Origin: Chrysomallon squamiferum
Taxonomy: Eukaryota; Animalia; Mollusca
Direction of reading: 5' to 3'
NCBI GenBank assembly: GCA_012295275.1
Contig: CM022672.1
Coordinates: 27,900,001 to 27,964,000 of the forward strand
Length of the DNA stretch: 64,000 bases
Shown one piece after another: positions 59,135-64,000 of this stretch; the first letter of the stretch is position 1; every line of letters starts with the position of its first letter. The translations under genes were made by a program, and so were the position numbers. The notes under the pieces are model-generated. The model had not been told where the DNA came from, ran no database searches, and saw only the letters and a list, made by a program, of their open reading frames with translations.

Positions 59135-61542
59135 AGAAATACAAAATGAGGGGCTACAGATATATATTCATGTAGATGAAATCTAGTTCGACCTGAAGAG
59201 CCTGTGATGAAATTGCCATGACACAAAAATCATTTGCTCTCTCTGCATCAAGAGTAAGACGTTTGACACTGTTGTTAAATAATAAAAAGGCAAATCGTCC
59301 AACAATTAAGAAAAAAATGAATAACAAAAAACAAAACCAGTGCTGATGAAACATTCCTTTTCAGTGGTTTGATTTGTAGACAGAGATCATACAGAAGGTA
59401 ACTTATAATGGTGATAATGCAGCATACAATGATATCTAAAAATTAACATCATAAATTTGGAAGTAAAATTCACAGGTATTCATAACATTTATAAACAAAT
59501 AGTGACGCTTTGTCTGGAACGGGAAATAGATTATCTTGTGAATCAAAGACTGAAGTCTTCGCTATACAACTGGCATAAAGCTTCCCTTTCTATGACATAT
59601 AAAACTGTTGTATGTTAAATAACTGAAACCGTGGACCATGAACAGACTTACATTCCAAGCTGACAGTGTACAAACAACAACAACAAAAGACTCAGACAAA
59701 ATATAACCAAGGTTCCTCTTGTGTTTACTGTACACCATCAAGAGATCTGAATTAAGCATCGTATTTGAGAATTCTGATCCACAAAGTCACAGTGTTAATC
59801 AGCTTAAAAGATAAGAAACAGTTTTAACTAATCCAATATCAGCAGTGGACAGAATTATAGTAAACAAATTAGTATTGACCTTGTCCTCAGAATATTTATT
59901 TGTTATTTTTTTAAATATCCGAGGCACATAAGAGGTTCGCTTGAACGAACAGCTCATACTAATAAGAATATATTCTCTTACCTTTGGTGAATATTTAAAA
60001 AACAACAACAAAGAACCTTAGATTCCCCCCCCCCCAGTAAATAAATAAATAATGATGATAATGCCGATAATAATAATTTTATTATTAAAAATATTAATAA
60101 TAATAATGATGATGATGATGATGGTGATAGTGGTGATGATGATTATTATGATAAATAAAATAAAATAAAACAAAACAAAATGAATAAATAAAATACCAGG
60201 AATTTATTTGTTCCTGAGGTGGGCATCGCTGTCTGAAAATATTAAGAACGAACCGACTTTTTAAATCGGAGAAAATATGAGAGAAAACCCGATAATATTA
60301 TTTTTTCATTAGCAGAAAAGAATATTTTATGTTCACATTCTAGCAATTGATTAAAATACTAAATTTTAAAACACGTAACGCATGTAGGCAGGCAGAGCAA
60401 ATATTTCCTTTCTCCAAGTACTACAAAAAACAACAACAAGTTTTACCGCGGAGAAATAGACTATTCCATGGTCGCATTCTATATCTAAAAAAACCCCAAA
60501 GCAGACGAAAAGGAAAAATAATAATAAGGAGAGAAGAATGATAGATGACCAGTCTACACCAGTGCCCTTCTTTGAAAAAAGATAAACATATATTTTGAAG
60601 GTAAATATGTCATAATGGCTTATATGACTTAAGAAAAATCAAGAATGTAAACGAATTAAGAAAATGATAATATTATCACAATATCAGTTGTACAACTAAA
60701 TCTGAGAAATAGTATTAGTACTATTACTAATATTATTTCAGTAGTTTTTTTTGATGTTTCGCTTTTGGTTTTACCTCGTGACGTAACTTCATAAGTATTA
60801 AGTCATTCAAATAAGCGCTGATACTGTGATAGCGATAGTGATAGGTATGTGACACAATATTGAATGTAATTTTCCTACGTTTTTGTATAATTAATATATG
60901 ATCAGATATATGTTATTTAATTAATAACATTAATTAGCGTTTATTTGCCATACGACTTCATTATATAGATATTTAAATTTTAAAATAAAAATCGAACTTG
61001 TTTAGAACAGCCTTTATAATCTGTATCCTTATCTGACGGAAAATATTATCTAAAATTGAAATATTAGTCCACACAATTACTAAATCAAACAAAATAAATG
61101 AAACATCAAAATTTGAGATATCAGCAGCAACTGCAATAGTTAAGGCCATGCCATTTGCTGAGAAATTAAGTATCTGCAGATATTTGAATGAAATTTGGCA
61201 GACTATGTGTATTGGAGAAATACATAATTTGCAACTTGTATAAAGTCCTGAATAAGCTGGGCTTAGTCATATGCTAATCATTTTGCAACAATAAATATAC
61301 TTGTTGATTCTCCATTTTTTATCAAAGATCATGTGTCAAGAAATGAATGTGGAGATGAAGCTGAATATTTGTTAAACAGAAACGAATGAAATTTGTGAAT
61401 AAGATTTGAATGTGAAGGACATTGAAATAGTTTAGTTGCAATGCCAGTGGATGTAAGAAAACATGACAAATGTACTCAGTGTATTTATGTTTTTGTCCTA
61501 ATTACCAAAGCAATAATTTAACATATATCAAAATTGTAGAAT

Positions 61543-63663
61543 ATGTCTTCTTTGGGTGAAGCTCCTAATGAATTCAAATTAAAGAATCAGCCTGATGATG
61601 GAATCACTGCATGTAAGTTTGGTCCAAACTCAAGTCAGTTTCTTCTGGTGTCTTCCTGGGATGAGACAGTGCGACTGTATGACATCATAGCTGACAACAT
61701 GCGCATCAAGTACAACCACGGCTCATCTGTACTTGACTGCTGTTTCTATGTAAGTAATACAATTTTATTTAATGATATTTATTTCTGATTTTAGATACAA
61801 GTGGAATATTCCTTACAGTTTATAGATTCAAACGTAGTGATATGTTATTTAAGTATTCATAAAAAGGGCAGAGGTTTCACAACGTATTAGACCAGTCTCT
61901 ACTTTATTAAACATTGTATTTATTCATTAGTTAAGTTACTGTTTTTACATATTCTCATGAAAAAGGGAGAATAGAAAGAAAGCTTCTGTAAACTGCTAAC
62001 AAGAAACTTGAAAGTTCTGCAATTATTAGTCTTGTTTGAAACATTGTTATATCATCTTTCTGATAAAATTTCAAATTTATTATCAGTAAATATTCTCGGA
62101 ACTACAAAAAAGTGTTTCAGACATTAATTTTCAGCTTCACTAGTTAATAACTATTAATTTTTCTGAAAATCCTCCTGTTAGAAATATTATTTTTGGTTTG
62201 TTTTCAGGATCCAGTACATTCATTCACTGGTGGTTTAGACAAAACATTAAAAATGTATGATTTCAATGCAACAGCAGGTATCAGACATTTTAGTTTGTAA
62301 AATATTTTTAGTTGTTTGACTGATAATAAAATCTATTTCCTTTTAAATTATATAAGAAAATAATAAATCAGAGAATGAACGTGTAACAAAATATTGCCGA
62401 TTTAATTAAAATATTGCTGATTAAACTATTAGTTTTGTTTTCATGAAAGGTGAAGATTCATCAACTAATAATAAATATAAAAAGCCTGAACAAAAAAATC
62501 ACAAAAGCAATTTACTGTATATATATTTCATTTGAATTGCTTCATCAAGAATTCAGACAGTCTCAGAACTGTAATGATCATTTCAAATGTTGTAATTTTA
62601 CAATTAACAGTTTCAGCTCCAGCTCTGGTATATGTAATTTTTCAACTAAAAACAAATAAAAAAATATTTTCTGTACTTCCCTGTTATTTTCTTCTGTTAT
62701 ATTAAAATGTACATGTGATATGAAAACAAATAAAAGTAAATTATATTTGACGTAAGCTGCTTCGCCTAAATTTAAATGCTGTTTTTAGCAATTAGAAAAA
62801 GTTACTTAATAAAATTTTAACTGTGAGTATTGTTTTCATTTTGGTCAGAGACTGTTGTAGGAAAACATGAAGCACCTATCAGGTGTGTGGAGTACTGTTC
62901 TGATGAAAATGTCATTGTCACTGGAAGCTGGGATTCTACTGTCAAACTCTGGGATCCAAGAGCTCCTTGTTGCTCTGGTTCTTTTGCACAACCAGATAAG
63001 GTTGTAGTTTTTTTAACATTCTTAATACAAATGCCATTATTCTCTTCTAATTTTGATAGTGACTGATTAATTAAATTTAATTTTAAATAATAAAGAAAAC
63101 AGTTAAACCAGACAGATGTGTGTAATGGATGGGTGCATGCATTCACTTCTTACACTGAATTTATAATTATCATTGTTTTGACTAACTTTTTTTTTTTTTT
63201 TTTTCAGTAATGTCAGTGTCATGAGGACATTTTGTATTATTTAAAGGGTTTAGAGCAGCCAGTCTGCTGCAGGGGGTTTTAACTAATGTATTTTATGAAG
63301 AGAATAAATAATCAAATATATCCTTAAATACTAAGTCTGCCTCAAAAATGTTATTGCCTGGCCTTGAGTGCTTGTTAAAAAAGGTTGAAAATAACTGCTT
63401 TAGAGAATATAAAAAGGTTAAAACCCCTTGCATTAAATATATACACATTATTAATTTTGTATTATAAATGTGTGACCAGGTGTACACGCTGGCAGTGTGT
63501 GGGGACCGGCTGGTTGTAGGGACGAAAGGAAGGCGTATTCTAGTGTGGGATCTGAGAAACATGGGCTATGTTCAGCAGAAACGTGAATCAAGTCTGAAAT
63601 ATCAAACAAGATGTATTCGAACATTCCCAAATAAGCAGGGATATGTCTTAAGTTCTATAGAAG
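61543..63663 (+). CDS. BUB3: Mitotic checkpoint protein BUB3 (WD40), 5' part; continues beyond the window
   Basis: Exons 61543-61749, 62208-62277, 62849-63000, 63480-63663. They read NEFKLKNQPDDGITACKFGPNSSQFLLVSSWDETVRLYD...VLDCCFY / DPVHSFTGGLDKTLKMYDFN / VGKHEAPIRCVEY..VTGSWDSTVKLWDPR / RRILVWDLRNMGYVQQKRESSLKYQTRCIRTFPNKQGYVLSSIEG. Confidence 0.97.
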
Positions 63664-64000
63664 GTAAGCTTTCTTGTATCTTTCAACAAAAAAATTAGAA
63701 ACTAAACATGGTTTTGATAATAAAATACCAGTACATTTTTACTGATTTGGGGATTTGTGTATAAACCCTCAAATATGTTTTCATTTGTCAACCAAAGAAG
63801 AGAAAAATTAATAAATCATAGTAGAAAACAGTTTTTTTATATATTTTTTCTGAAGAATCCTTTCATAAAGCTTGCTCAGTTAGGATAAAACAACTGCACA
63901 ATTGCCAATTTTTCCTGTTGTTTTCATTGTGCTTAGCCATGCATCAGAAGAACATTCATGACATCAGCTTTACTTATCTAATATGTTATCTCATATTAAA

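Overview
AT-rich, intron-rich animal genomic DNA full of microsatellites and decayed transposons. A mollusc, probably a gastropod, is my inference from an IMSP5-like EF-hand gene pair and a SINE resembling a common gastropod repeat. Most listed ORFs are microsatellite or antisense artefacts, so I assembled the real genes by hand from GT-AG exons. They are: (1) a minus-strand type II membrane mucin (TM, SEA with GSVVV, Thr-rich 9-aa repeats, start of a second SEA) that runs off the left edge; (2,3) two divergently transcribed secreted four-EF-hand paralogs separated by a spacer packed with Tigger, MULE and hAT relics; (4) a tail-to-tail pair of frameshifted glycine-rich genes; (5) a beta-microseminoprotein (PSP94)-like gene that appears to use a new short last exon while a decayed ancestral last exon lies just downstream; (6) a complete MGAT4C-like GlcNAc-transferase; (7) the 5' part of BUB3. 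Mobile DNA includes a 1-kb foldback MITE, a Sola-type transposase relic, two MULE relics, three Tigger-derived copies, a Tc1/mariner MITE, a LINE relic and SINE fragments. I see no tRNA, rRNA or CRISPR array. All family assignments come from motif recognition, not database searches.
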